26,579 bases of DNA, taken from positions 1-26,579 of the forward strand of contig JAIRMX010000079.1 in assembly GCA_031258375.1 (NCBI GenBank), in the 5' to 3' direction. The notes beneath the pieces are model-generated. The model did not search any database. It saw only the letters and a program-made list of their open reading frames with translations, and was not told the DNA's origin. Source of the DNA: Elusimicrobiota bacterium (GTDB taxonomy: Bacteria; Elusimicrobiota; Elusimicrobia; Elusimicrobiales; Elusimicrobiaceae). How positions within the stretch are numbered: the stretch's first letter is position 1; every line of letters begins with the position of its first letter. Below, piece by piece: positions 1 to 9,307 of the stretch. The position numbers and the translations under genes are program-made.

Positions 1-145
1 TTCTTTTGCTATTATTCTTTTGAGTAGTGTTTATTTTTTCGATCATACTAAAAGTATACACTACTCACCTTCTTTTTGTCTCCTAATTGTGCAACAAGAC
101 CCATTAAGTTTTGCAGATAGTCTCTTAATTTATTATCATAATTAT

Positions 146-1918
146 ATGGAAATGTTTAAAACGCAAGAAATAACAGGGCAAAATACATATATAAGTTTAG
201 CCAATAAATACAGACCTCAGACTTTTGAAGAAGTCGTCGGGCAGAAAAGTATTACTAAAACGCTTGTAAACGCGCTTAAATCCGGCCGTATAGCGCATGC
301 GTATTTGTTTTACGGCCCGCGCGGATGCGGCAAAACAACCTCGGCGCGCATATTTGCAAAAGCTTTAAACTGCACGGGATACGGCGAAGACAAACCCGCG
401 CCTACTCCTTGCGGCAAATGCCCGCAATGCGTGGAAATATCAAATTCTTCCGATATGGACGTGCTAGAGCTTGACGCCGCAAGCAATACCGGCGTGGACA
501 AAGTGCGCGAAGCGATTATAGACACGGTTGCTCTTTCATCCGGGCGCGACAGATACAAAGTTTTTATTTTAGACGAAGCGCATATGCTTTCTACGCCCGC
601 GTTCAACGCTCTTTTAAAAACTATAGAAGAGCCCCCGCCGCACGTCGTATTTATTCTTGCCACTACGGAATTGCACAAAGTGCCGCTGACTATTGCCTCC
701 CGCTGCCAAACTTTTCGTTTTAAGCCGATTACGGAAGAGGAAATCGCCTCGCATTTGCAGGATTTGGCCGGCGCGGAAAATATCGAGCTTGACGAAGAAG
801 CCGCAAAAATAATAGCTAAAACCGCAGGCGGCGCGCTGCGCGACGCGCTGACAATACTTGATAGAGCAATAGCGTTTTCCGGCGGAAAAGCAAATAAAAA
901 CGCGCTTAGCGAAATGCTCGGTTTGCTGCCTCAGGATTTAATAAAAAACGCCGCGGCCGCTGTTATAAAAAACGACGGCCCCGCGCTTCATAAAGTTTTT
1001 GCAACCATGTCCGAAGAAGGGTTTGACGCTCTTAGTTTGCTTAAAGATTTAAAAACAGCTTTTGGTGAACTTTTTTATTTCTCGCTTAACGCGGGTTGCG
1101 AACCATTCTCCGGCGCAAAAGATATGGTTAAAGAAACTTCGCATGCTTTTATAGCCGGCTTTACGCGCAAAATCTCAAAATTAATTGACGAAGTTAAATT
1201 TTCGGATACGCCGCTGCTCTCTGCGGAAGTAGGATTGTTTACCATAATGAACGGCGCTTTTGATATTGAAAGCTTTATTTCTCGGCTTGAAGCTTTGGAA
1301 AGCGGAGTAAATTCTTCAAAAAAATCCGGCGGCGCGGATTTTAACGATAAAAAAACTATAACCGACGGGCAAAAAACAGCGGAACATAAACCCACAGCAA
1401 AGGAAATTTCCCCCGAGCAAAAAATATTTTCAGGCGGTTTGGACATATGGACGGCTTTCAAGGCAGAACTGTCCAAGAAACATCCTTTCCTTCACGATAT
1501 AATTCAAGATTCGCTTCCGTCTTTTGAGTTGGAAGACAGATGGATTTTGAAATTTAAAAGCAAGGATTCTTATTTTAAAGACGCGGTTAAAAACCGCGTT
1601 AAAGATCTGCAGGCCGCCGCTTTTAAAATTACGGGAAAAAATATTCAGTTTGATTTTCTTGCCGGAGAAAGTTCGGCAGGCGATGAACGGCCGTATAATG
1701 CAAATCCTTTTAAACAAAACATTAAAGCGTCTCCCGAACAAAATATTTCCGCCGCTCAAGAAATGATAAGCAAAGAACAGCCTTTTTTGGAAGGCGATTA
1801 CTCGTCCTTTTTGCAATCTCAAGAATCTAAGAGTAAAACGCAGACCGCGCATGAAATAAGCGAAGCGACAAAAAAAATATTGAATATTTTTGACGGTTAT
1901 ATAACGGAAGCGGTTTAA
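146..1918 (+). CDS. dnaX: DNA polymerase III subunit gamma/tau
   Basis: LANKYRPQTFEEVVGQ, Walker A GPRGCGKTT, CGKCPQC Zn module, LELDAASN, DEAHMLS, SRC motif. Start moved from the ORF-track position 20 to ATG 146 (or 152), because the upstream extension is non-homologous AT-rich sequence. Confidence 0.96.
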   Translation: MEMFKTQEITGQNTYISLANKYRPQTFEEVVGQKSITKTLVNALKSGRIAHAYLFYGPRGCGKTTSARIFAKALNCTGYGEDKPAPTPCGKCPQCVEISNSSDMDVLELDAASNTGVDKVREAIIDTVALSSGRDRYKVFILDEAHMLSTPAFNALLKTIEEPPPHVVFILATTELHKVPLTIASRCQTFRFKPITEEEIASHLQDLAGAENIELDEEAAKIIAKTAGGALRDALTILDRAIAFSGGKANKNALSEMLGLLPQDLIKNAAAAVIKNDGPALHKVFATMSEEGFDALSLLKDLKTAFGELFYFSLNAGCEPFSGAKDMVKETSHAFIAGFTRKISKLIDEVKFSDTPLLSAEVGLFTIMNGAFDIESFISRLEALESGVNSSKKSGGADFNDKKTITDGQKTAEHKPTAKEISPEQKIFSGGLDIWTAFKAELSKKHPFLHDIIQDSLPSFELEDRWILKFKSKDSYFKDAVKNRVKDLQAAAFKITGKNIQFDFLAGESSAGDERPYNANPFKQNIKASPEQNISAAQEMISKEQPFLEGDYSSFLQSQESKSKTQTAHEISEATKKILNIFDGYITEAV

Positions 1919-1935
1919 CTCGATTTAATATTATT

Positions 1936-2529
1936 ATGAAAAGTTTAGACAGACTTATAAAAGCGTTCCGCCGTCTGCCCGGCGTAGGGCCTAGGCAGGC
2001 GGAACGCTTTGCGTTGCATTATTTACGCGCGCCGGAAAGCGAAGTCGCGGAGTTTACTAACGCGCTTTTAAAAATGCGCGAAAACGTGCATTACTGCCCT
2101 ATTTGTTTTTCTTACAGCGAAGGCGCCGTATGCGAAATATGCTCGGACGATACCCGCGATAATACTTTGCTCTGCGTGGTGGAAGAGCCAAAAGATATAG
2201 AAGCCATAGAAAAAACGCGTTCTTACAACGGAACATATCATGTTTTGCACGGATCTATTTCCCCGATAGAAGGACGCACCGCCGATTCCATAAAAATCAA
2301 AGAGCTTATAGAGCGCGTGCAAAATTCGCCTTCTGAAATAAGAGAAGTTATTATAGCCACTAATCCGGATACCGAAGGCGAAACGACATCTCTTTATCTA
2401 GCCGACGTTTTGCGCGGGCTTGTGGGTAAAATAACGCGCATAGGTTATGGCATGCCTCTCGGCGGACATATAGATTATATTGATGAAATGACTCTTGCGC
2501 ATGCGCTTAAAGGCCGCACGAAAATATAA
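1936..2529 (+). CDS. recR: Recombination mediator RecR
   Basis: HhH motif RRLPGVGPRQAERFA, C4 zinc finger (CPIC...CEIC), Toprim part VVEEPKDI...YHVLHG...IIATNPDTEGETT...RIGYGMPLGG; follows dnaX. Confidence 0.97.
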   Translation: MKSLDRLIKAFRRLPGVGPRQAERFALHYLRAPESEVAEFTNALLKMRENVHYCPICFSYSEGAVCEICSDDTRDNTLLCVVEEPKDIEAIEKTRSYNGTYHVLHGSISPIEGRTADSIKIKELIERVQNSPSEIREVIIATNPDTEGETTSLYLADVLRGLVGKITRIGYGMPLGGHIDYIDEMTLAHALKGRTKI

Positions 2530-2532
2530 AAA

Positions 2533-3639
2533 ATGGAGCAGTGTAAAAAAATGTTTAATAAAAAAAATAATATTATTTATATTTTAGTTTTATGTCTGCT
2601 TTTTCTTGCGCAGTTTACAAGCGCTAAAGAAAAGCTTCAAATCAAAAATTCGCACAATCATTATATTCCCGTTGGCGGAGATAAGATAGCGCCTTCAAAT
2701 TACTCCGACCCGGACAATTGGCTTGCTTTGCCAAAAAAAGAAAATTTAAAAAAGAAAGTAGACATATTTTTTATTTATCCCACTTCGTGGCGCGCCGGCG
2801 GAAAATATCCCGTGTCCGATATTAATAATCAGGAAATGAGGCAATGGGCGCAGTATTATTTAAAGTTCAGAGCGACGGCTTTTGAAACTTCCGGCAATAT
2901 TTTTGCTCCGTATTACAGGCAGCTGGACGCGCTCTTTGCGGACGAAACGGGATCAATGCAAAAGGCGTATAAATATTTTCAGGGCGTGCCGAAAACGGAT
3001 ATTATCGCCGCTTTCGATTTTTATATTAAAAATTTCAATAACGGAAGACCTTTTATTTTGGCGGGGCATTCGCAAGGTTCAATTATGATAAGGGAAATAT
3101 TATTTGATTATATGAAGAAAAATCCCGACGTTTATAAACGGATGATTGCGGCTTACGCTATCGGCATTCCTATGTTAAAAGAAGATTATGAAAAAAATCC
3201 GCATGTCAGGCCGGCCTTAGGCCCCGATGATACCGGAGTTGTAATTTCATATAATACGGAAGCGCCGGTAGTAGACGCGCCCGGAAATCCTCTGTCCGTT
3301 CCAAATGCAATTTTAATTAATCCGATTTCGTGGAAGACAACGGACGAGTCTGCGGGAAAAAATAAAAATATCGGTTCTTTATTTGTAGATAAAGATAATA
3401 AAGCAAAGAAAATAAAACGCCTTGCGGACGCTAAAATTAACCCGCTTAGAGGAACCATAGTCTGCTCTACCGTTGAGCGCGAACAATGGAGTTCCGCTCC
3501 GGAATCAAGAGCGTATTTCCCGCTGGGAGTTTTCCATGAAAACGACATTCCTTTATATTATTATAACTTGCGCAAAAACGCGGAAAATAGAGTAAAACAA
3601 TATTTTAAAATTCAAAAAAAGATAAACATGCAAAAATAA
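2533..3639 (+). CDS. Exported alpha/beta-hydrolase-fold protein, DUF3089-like
   Basis: N-terminal signal-like stretch, VDIFFIYPT, IFAPYYRQ, nucleophile elbow GRPFILAGHSQG, C-terminal FHENDIPLYYYNLRKN. Start may be ATG 2551. Confidence 0.75.
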   Translation: MEQCKKMFNKKNNIIYILVLCLLFLAQFTSAKEKLQIKNSHNHYIPVGGDKIAPSNYSDPDNWLALPKKENLKKKVDIFFIYPTSWRAGGKYPVSDINNQEMRQWAQYYLKFRATAFETSGNIFAPYYRQLDALFADETGSMQKAYKYFQGVPKTDIIAAFDFYIKNFNNGRPFILAGHSQGSIMIREILFDYMKKNPDVYKRMIAAYAIGIPMLKEDYEKNPHVRPALGPDDTGVVISYNTEAPVVDAPGNPLSVPNAILINPISWKTTDESAGKNKNIGSLFVDKDNKAKKIKRLADAKINPLRGTIVCSTVEREQWSSAPESRAYFPLGVFHENDIPLYYYNLRKNAENRVKQYFKIQKKINMQK

Positions 3640-3669
3640 AATAACCGGCGCTTATAAAGCCAGTTTTTT
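3638..3669 (+). terminator. Possible intrinsic terminator between convergent genes
   Basis: AACCGGC...GCCAGTT imperfect stem followed by a T run and preceded by an A run. Confidence 0.35.
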
Positions 3670-3698
3670 ATTATCGGAGAAAAATACTGGAAATATAA

Positions 3699-4187
3699 TT
3701 ATTTCACGCTTTCGCATAGTTCTTTTCCATAGTTTGTTATTCCGTTACATTCGGTTTTGTTCGGATTGGAGGAATTCTTGAACCAAATTACGAAATGAAG
3801 GTCCATATTGTTTACACAATTACTTCTCGTATCACTGTGTCCCGGGCAAAATTCAATTGCGGCATAATTAACTCCCAACGATGGGATAACCCCGCTTAAA
3901 TTATCAAACGCTCCACCATTACACAATAAATAGCTATCATCAAGTTTTACCGGACAGACTTTTGAGAAATCAATATCTAAATCCGCAAAAGAAACAGCAT
4001 AGTCTCCATGTATTAAATAATAATGTTCTTGGGCATTTCTTAGGCTGTATGCCAGCTGCACAAGGTTCATAAGGCGAGTTTTGTCAACGGCTTTTTTGTA
4101 TTGCGGCAGCGCAATAGCGGCGAGAATGCCGATGATTAAAACCGCCACTAATAATTCAATCAGCGTGAAACCTTTTTTATTTCTCAT
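3699..4187 (-). CDS. Type IV pilin-like protein (prepilin N-terminal methylation motif) #1
   Basis: MRNKKG|FTLIELLVAVLIIGILAAIALPQY class III signal with Glu+5; Cys-rich variable C-terminus; GAGG RBS upstream. Confidence 0.9.
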   Translation of the reverse strand: MRNKKGFTLIELLVAVLIIGILAAIALPQYKKAVDKTRLMNLVQLAYSLRNAQEHYYLIHGDYAVSFADLDIDFSKVCPVKLDDSYLLCNGGAFDNLSGVIPSLGVNYAAIEFCPGHSDTRSNCVNNMDLHFVIWFKNSSNPNKTECNGITNYGKELCESVK

Positions 4188-4213
4188 ACTTTATACCTCG
4201 TTATTTTTTTGCC

Positions 4214-4426
4214 AAACAAAAACGGCCGTTATATTTGAGCCACGAAAATAACCCAAAATATAACAGCCGTAGTTTCCCGTCCGCAAGGACGGGAAACATT
4301 CAGCACGCGACATCAAGAGGATCAGTCCTGACATCGTGTGCTTGATAACGAGCTGTTTTTAGGTTTTTCGTGTGCTTTTGAAATTCTCAAAAGCTCGTTT
4401 TGCCTTCGCAAAACACCCAAAAACAT
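4214..4426 (-). ncRNA. Structured cis-regulatory leader, copy 1 (upstream of pilin #1)
   Basis: P1 GTTTTTGGG/CCTAAAAAC encloses GTTTTGC-GAAG-GCAAAAC and GCTTTTGA-GAATT-TCAAAAGC. Then CAGCTCGTTATCA, a long variable hairpin, GTTTCCCGTCC-TTGC-GGACGGGAAAC, and a 15-bp terminator stem ACGGCTGTTATATTT/AAATATAACGGCCGT plus T tract. Homologous to copies at 15697-15903 and 22889-23098. Confidence 0.8.
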
Positions 4427-4430
4427 TTCA

Positions 4431-4449
4431 AATTTTTATAAGCCGATTA
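4431..4449 (-). promoter_or_regulatory. Conserved promoter-like motif TAATCGGCTTATAAAAATT just 5' of leader copy 1
   Basis: 19/19 identical to 17984-18002 and 18/19 identical to 14489-14507; lies 5-15 nt upstream of each leader's GTTTTTGG. Confidence 0.55.
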
Positions 4450-4460
4450 TTTTTTCTTTT

Positions 4461-4583
4461 GTCACACTGAACCCCGTATTAAGACTTTACGGGGCAGGGC
4501 CATTTCAGTGTCTCTCTATTCGTCACCCTGAACTTGTTTCAGGGTCTGCCGTACGACAGATTTTGAAACGAGTTCAAAATGAC
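4461..4583. repeat. Cluster of REP/RPE-like palindromic units, one with a nested hairpin
   Basis: GTCACCCTGAACTTGTTTCAGGGTCT (4522-4547) faces AGATTTTGAAACGAGTTCAAAATGAC (4558-4583). A third unit, GTCACACTGAA...ATTTCAGTGTCT (4461-4512), is interrupted by CCCCGTA...TACGGGG. Conceptual translation gives RHPELVSGS/QILKRVQND, typical of such palindromic repeats. Confidence 0.7.
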
Positions 4584-4897
4584 AACTTCCTATTTTTTCG
4601 ACTTACATTAACAACCGTTTTCTCCTTGATTTTGCTTTCTAATTTTATTATACAATAAATTTAACTTCTTTTTACGGCACTGCTAAATAGAATACATAAA
4701 ACAACAAATTTTGAGGTTTAAGATTATGTTTGTATGGCGCAATATTTGAAAACTAAGAAAATTAATGCGTTCTATGTATGCTATTTGGCATTGCCTTTAA
4801 TTTAAAGAAATTGGTTTGTTTTTAGTAATTAGACTTAAGTCTTTCCCATTAATTCATAAGCTATTTTATATAATAAATATAAGGGCATAATTCCTTT

Positions 4898-7800
4898 ATG
4901 CAATTTATATCGGCAGTTCCGAACGTTTCCGCAGCCGCTTTTTATCTTGCTCAAAAACAAAAAAGCGGCGAGATTCTTTTTGTCTGCAAAACCGAAGAAG
5001 AGCTTGAAGAATTCGCCGCAGCCGCCAACACTTTTATACCTGAAAATATTTCCTTAAACGCGGCAATTTTAGGCGAGAATAAATTTTCGGTTTATAGCGG
5101 CTTATATGAAATTACGACTTCAAAAGAAAATATTTTTGCGGCGACAACTTACGAGAACGCAAAAATCCTGCTGCCGGGTAAAAAAGATTTCCTCTCAAAA
5201 ATAATTACAATTAAAATCGCGCAAAATTTGCAGCGCGCCCATTTGCTTGCAAAACTTGAAGACTGCGGATACGAACGAACGGATTTTACGGAGAAACAAG
5301 GCGAATACGCGCTTAGAGGCTCCGTAGTCGATATTTTTAATATAAATTCCGCGCTGCCGTGCAGGATTTATTTCAGCGGCAACACGATTTCGACAATATC
5401 TCTCTTTGATATTGAAACGCAAAATACGAAAACCAATTTGTCGGAAATAAATATAATCCCCTTCAAATTCGCTCAGGAACTTTCTTCCCTTAAACACTGG
5501 ACTAAGAATTTTGATATTTATCTGCAAAATCCTAAGGAAGAGGATTTGAAGAATTTTGAAGGCAGCATAAGCGTATTAACAAATTTTAACGCGGAGAACG
5601 CAATCGACGCGGGCTTGCGCTCAAATACGAATTTCAACGCGGATTTAAAATTGTTCGACGCTGAAGTTTTGCGTTTGCAAAAAGAGAATTTCAAAATAAT
5701 ATTTTACTGTCTCAACAGAGGCGAAGCCGACAGATTGCGGGAAGTTTTTAACGATTACGAAGGCCTCAAAAAATTGCCCGCTATCATTGCTCCGCTGCGG
5801 CGGGGATTTTGCAGTTTCTCGGAAAAATTCGCTTATTTTACTTCCGGCGAAATATTTAACAGGAATTACCGCTCGTCGGCGTTAATTAAAGATTTCAATA
5901 GCGCAGGCGCAAAACGCTTGCGATTTAAAGAGCTTGAGGCGGGGGATTATATTGTCCATCACGAACACGGCATAGGACGATACGGAGGCATGAAAACGCT
6001 TGAGAACGACGGCATTCATATCGATTGCCTTATAATAGAATTTAAACGCGGAGAAAAACTATACGTCCCTGCAAGCGACTTTCGCAAAATACAAAAATAT
6101 ATAGGTTTAAAAGGCAAAGCGCCGAAAATATCCTCTTTAAACGGCAATAGCTGGAAAGAAGTAAAAAAGCGCGTGAAAGAAGACGCTCAAAAAACGGCAA
6201 AAGAAATTTTAAAATTGGAAGCTCTTCGTCAAGCGAATAAAGCGCAAAATCTTTTTGGAGACGAGCGTCTTGAAAGAGAGTTTCAAGATTCTTTCCCATA
6301 CGAACAAACGGACGACCAGACCAAAGCTATAAACGAAATCCTTGCCGACATAATGCAGCAACGCCCTATGGACCGAGTGCTTATAGGCGACGTTGGCTTT
6401 GGCAAAACGGAAGTGGCAATGCGCGCGGCTCTAAAAGCCGTCTTAAGCGGTTCGCAAGTTATTGTTTTGGCGCCGACTACGGTGCTTGCGGCGCAGCATT
6501 ATAAAACGTTTTGCGCGCGAATGGCGGGTTTTCCCGCAAGAATTGCAATGCTCAGCCGCTTTCAAAGTAAAAAAGAACAAAAAATTACAGCGACCGACAT
6601 AAAAAAAGGAATTGTCGATATCGCAATAGGCACGCACAGGCTGCTTTCAAAAGATATAGAATTCAAAAATTTAGGATTATGTGTTATTGACGAAGAGCAT
6701 CGCTTCGGCGTGAAACAAAAAGAAAAAATAAAAGCGAAATCTTTAGGCGTGCATACTCTTATGCTTTCCGCAACGCCTATTCCGCGCACTTTAAATCAAT
6801 CGCTTTCAAGTCTGCGGGATATGTCCGTTATAGAAACGGCTCCGCAAGGCCGTATGCCGATAAAAACGCACGTTTTGCCTTATAACGAAGATATTGTGGC
6901 CGCTGCGGTGCGCGAAGAAATCGCGCGCGGCGGGCAGGCGTTTTACGTTTATAATAAAGTTGAAAATATGCCCTCAAAATTGTCCCGCCTTCAAAACATT
7001 CTGCCGGAAGTTCGCATTTGCATGGCCCACGGACAGCTTGAAGACGCCGCGCTTGAAACCACTCTTTGGGATTTTTATAATAAAAAATACGATATGCTTT
7101 TGGCTTCTACCATAATAGAATCGGGTTTGGATATAACGAACGCAAATACCCTCATTATTGAAAACGCGCAGGACTTTGGCCTTGCGCAATTATATCAATT
7201 GCGCGGACGCATAGGGCGCGGAGATAAAAAAGCCTGTTGCTATCTCTTGCACCCCGAGTGGCTTCTGAAAAAACAGGAAGAGGATTACAGCGTGAATTCT
7301 TTTTTCGGCAAAATTGCGAAAAAACAGAAAAGCTCGACGGAAGAAGCGCAAAAGCGTTTAAACGCGATAATGGAATTCAGCGAGCTTGGAAGCGGTTTTC
7401 GTCTTGCTCTTAGGGATTTGGAAATACGGGGCGGCGGAGAACTTTTAGGCATACGCCAGCACGGGTATGTAAACGAAGTCGGACTTTCGCTGTATTGCGA
7501 TTTAGTTTCAAACGAAGTCAAAAAACTTAAAGGCGAAGTTCCCCCGCGCAAATTTTTGGCTGCGGTCAATCTGCGGGTTGCGGCGTATATCCCGCCTGAT
7601 TATATGCCAAACGACAGCGAGCGTCTTCGTTATTACAAAGAATTTATGGCTACAGACGACAGACAACAGAAAGAAGATCTTTTGCATTCTCTTGAAAATA
7701 TAAGCGGCCCCGCGCCGATAGAGCTGCTCAATCTTGTAGAAATTATTCAGCTTTCTCAAGACGCCGGCAAAGAAAATATACGTCAGGTAGAAGGCGGCGA

Positions 7801-8002
7801 CGGCTTTACGGATTTTTATTTCGCAAAAACTTTTAAAATTCCTCCGGCGGCCGTAAGCGAGCTGATAAATAAATTTACAAATAATATCAAGTTTATTCCC
7901 GCTCCAAACGGCGACGGCATTCGTATTTATCATATTCCAGCCGCCAACGCGATGGAAAATGCAAAAAGGCTGTTTGTAACTTTAAAACGAATATTAAACT
8001 AG
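4898..8002 (+). CDS. mfd: Transcription-repair coupling factor
   Basis: UvrB-homology segment (GEYALRGSVVDIF), CarD/RID (VHHEHGIGRYGG), GDVGFGKT, DEEHRFG, SATPIPRTL, QLYQLRGRIGR, TRG motif RDLEIRGGGELLG, C-terminal TRCF domain. Confidence 0.95.
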   Translation: MQFISAVPNVSAAAFYLAQKQKSGEILFVCKTEEELEEFAAAANTFIPENISLNAAILGENKFSVYSGLYEITTSKENIFAATTYENAKILLPGKKDFLSKIITIKIAQNLQRAHLLAKLEDCGYERTDFTEKQGEYALRGSVVDIFNINSALPCRIYFSGNTISTISLFDIETQNTKTNLSEINIIPFKFAQELSSLKHWTKNFDIYLQNPKEEDLKNFEGSISVLTNFNAENAIDAGLRSNTNFNADLKLFDAEVLRLQKENFKIIFYCLNRGEADRLREVFNDYEGLKKLPAIIAPLRRGFCSFSEKFAYFTSGEIFNRNYRSSALIKDFNSAGAKRLRFKELEAGDYIVHHEHGIGRYGGMKTLENDGIHIDCLIIEFKRGEKLYVPASDFRKIQKYIGLKGKAPKISSLNGNSWKEVKKRVKEDAQKTAKEILKLEALRQANKAQNLFGDERLEREFQDSFPYEQTDDQTKAINEILADIMQQRPMDRVLIGDVGFGKTEVAMRAALKAVLSGSQVIVLAPTTVLAAQHYKTFCARMAGFPARIAMLSRFQSKKEQKITATDIKKGIVDIAIGTHRLLSKDIEFKNLGLCVIDEEHRFGVKQKEKIKAKSLGVHTLMLSATPIPRTLNQSLSSLRDMSVIETAPQGRMPIKTHVLPYNEDIVAAAVREEIARGGQAFYVYNKVENMPSKLSRLQNILPEVRICMAHGQLEDAALETTLWDFYNKKYDMLLASTIIESGLDITNANTLIIENAQDFGLAQLYQLRGRIGRGDKKACCYLLHPEWLLKKQEEDYSVNSFFGKIAKKQKSSTEEAQKRLNAIMEFSELGSGFRLALRDLEIRGGGELLGIRQHGYVNEVGLSLYCDLVSNEVKKLKGEVPPRKFLAAVNLRVAAYIPPDYMPNDSERLRYYKEFMATDDRQQKEDLLHSLENISGPAPIELLNLVEIIQLSQDAGKENIRQVEGGDGFTDFYFAKTFKIPPAAVSELINKFTNNIKFIPAPNGDGIRIYHIPAANAMENAKRLFVTLKRILN

Positions 8003-8333
8003 TAGAAAGATTAATTATATCTCTTTGATATTTTACATGAGCCAAAGGTCTTATTATTTAATATTAGTACATGTCGAACTTTTTAGTTTAAACGAATAGA
8101 TGACTAGCGAATGATATTAGTTCATTATTTCCCTTATATTTTATAGTGAAAAATCATAAAAGATATATACAAAATCTATCTACGCGTCGTTTTTTATTCC
8201 TTATTTTTTTAACAATATTTATATTCGGACGAAAAAACATCGTCCTTGTAATTTTGTTATAATTTCTAAAGACGGCTTGTGTCGGGATAACTTTAAATTC
8301 AAAAAATTATCAACGTATGCGTAAAAGGAGAAA

Positions 8334-9305
8334 TTGGTGGAATTAAGATTATTAATTATTGGAACGACAGCTTTTATTTTTGCAAAAACCGCAAAATATT
8401 TTAAAAAGAAAAATTTATTTCAAAATAAAAATTTTTTTATGGCATTTAATGCTCTTTTCGCGCTTATTGCCGGGGGAATGATCTATTATCTTTTGAATTT
8501 TATGTCCGCAAACGGCATTCAGGGCGGCCTCTCGCCAAGCAAAACGGCTTTGATAATAACCGCTACTGTAGCTTACGCCGTTTACAATATTTACAAAGCC
8601 AAAAATGCCGGCAAAAAACAAACTGAAAAAATTTATGCTTTTAATCTTGATTGGGCGGAAACCGTTTATTTTGCCGGATTTTTCGCTTCGGTGGCGATGT
8701 TTTTTCTTCTTCAGGCTTTTAAAATACCGTCGGCCTCTATGCGCAATACTTTGCTTGAAAAGGATAATTTGTTCGTAAATAAAATAGTTTACGGCATAAG
8801 GCTGCCTTTTATGAACCGCAAACTTATAAAATTCGGCGATATAAAGCGCGGCGACGTTATAGTATTTCGCTTTCCTGCGGAAAACAAAAAACAAATAAAC
8901 TGCGGCGAGCCGCAATACGGCCGCGATTTTGTCAAGCGCGTCGTAGGCCTTCCGGGAGAAACGGTTGAGATGAAAAACAAACAAGTATTTATAAACGGCG
9001 ATTTAATACCGTCGCAGAGTTATGAAGTTTACAGCGATCATCCCGAGCAGAACGTAGACAATTTTTTATCGACGGAACAATATCAGCGAATATGGGAAAA
9101 CAGAGAACTTGAGCAATATTTCGGCCTTGCGCTGCGCGATAATTTCGGGCCTGTAACAATTCCTCAAGGCGCATATCTTGCAATAGGAGATAACAGGGAT
9201 TTTTCCTGCGATTCCCGTTTTTGGGGGCCTGTGCCGGAAAAAAACATCAAAGGCAAAGCGTGGTTTATCCACTGGCCTCTGAGCAGAGTGAGCTTGATAA
9301 AATAA
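8334..9305 (+). CDS. lepB: Signal peptidase I
   Basis: QAFKIPSASM (catalytic Ser), GDVIVF, DFVKRVVGLPGE (catalytic Lys), GDNRDFSCDSRFWG; AGGAG RBS before TTG; extended -10 TGTTATAAT at 8255-8263. Confidence 0.93.
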   Translation: MVELRLLIIGTTAFIFAKTAKYFKKKNLFQNKNFFMAFNALFALIAGGMIYYLLNFMSANGIQGGLSPSKTALIITATVAYAVYNIYKAKNAGKKQTEKIYAFNLDWAETVYFAGFFASVAMFFLLQAFKIPSASMRNTLLEKDNLFVNKIVYGIRLPFMNRKLIKFGDIKRGDVIVFRFPAENKKQINCGEPQYGRDFVKRVVGLPGETVEMKNKQVFINGDLIPSQSYEVYSDHPEQNVDNFLSTEQYQRIWENRELEQYFGLALRDNFGPVTIPQGAYLAIGDNRDFSCDSRFWGPVPEKNIKGKAWFIHWPLSRVSLIK

Positions 9306-9307
9306 AT

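Noticed and set aside
20-145. N-terminal extension of dnaX, and hairpin GAGTAGTGT/ACACTACTC (22-66) as an ncRNA
   Set aside because: The extension has no DnaX similarity. The hairpin is single-copy, and its context is cut off by the window start.
4214-4426. Leader family as a known riboswitch (c-di-GMP-I/II, ydaO, T-box, SAM-I, ykkC)
   Set aside because: Diagnostic motifs not seen: no GGCAAA/GACGCAAAGC, no UGGNACC T-box bulge, no SAM-I core beyond a chance TTATCAAG, no CGGGANAAAAGCCCG. By-eye comparison only; an Rfam search is still needed.
4338-4658. 106-aa ORF containing RHPELVSGS
   Set aside because: Read-through of the antisense leader and REP palindromes; no RBS or protein-like composition.
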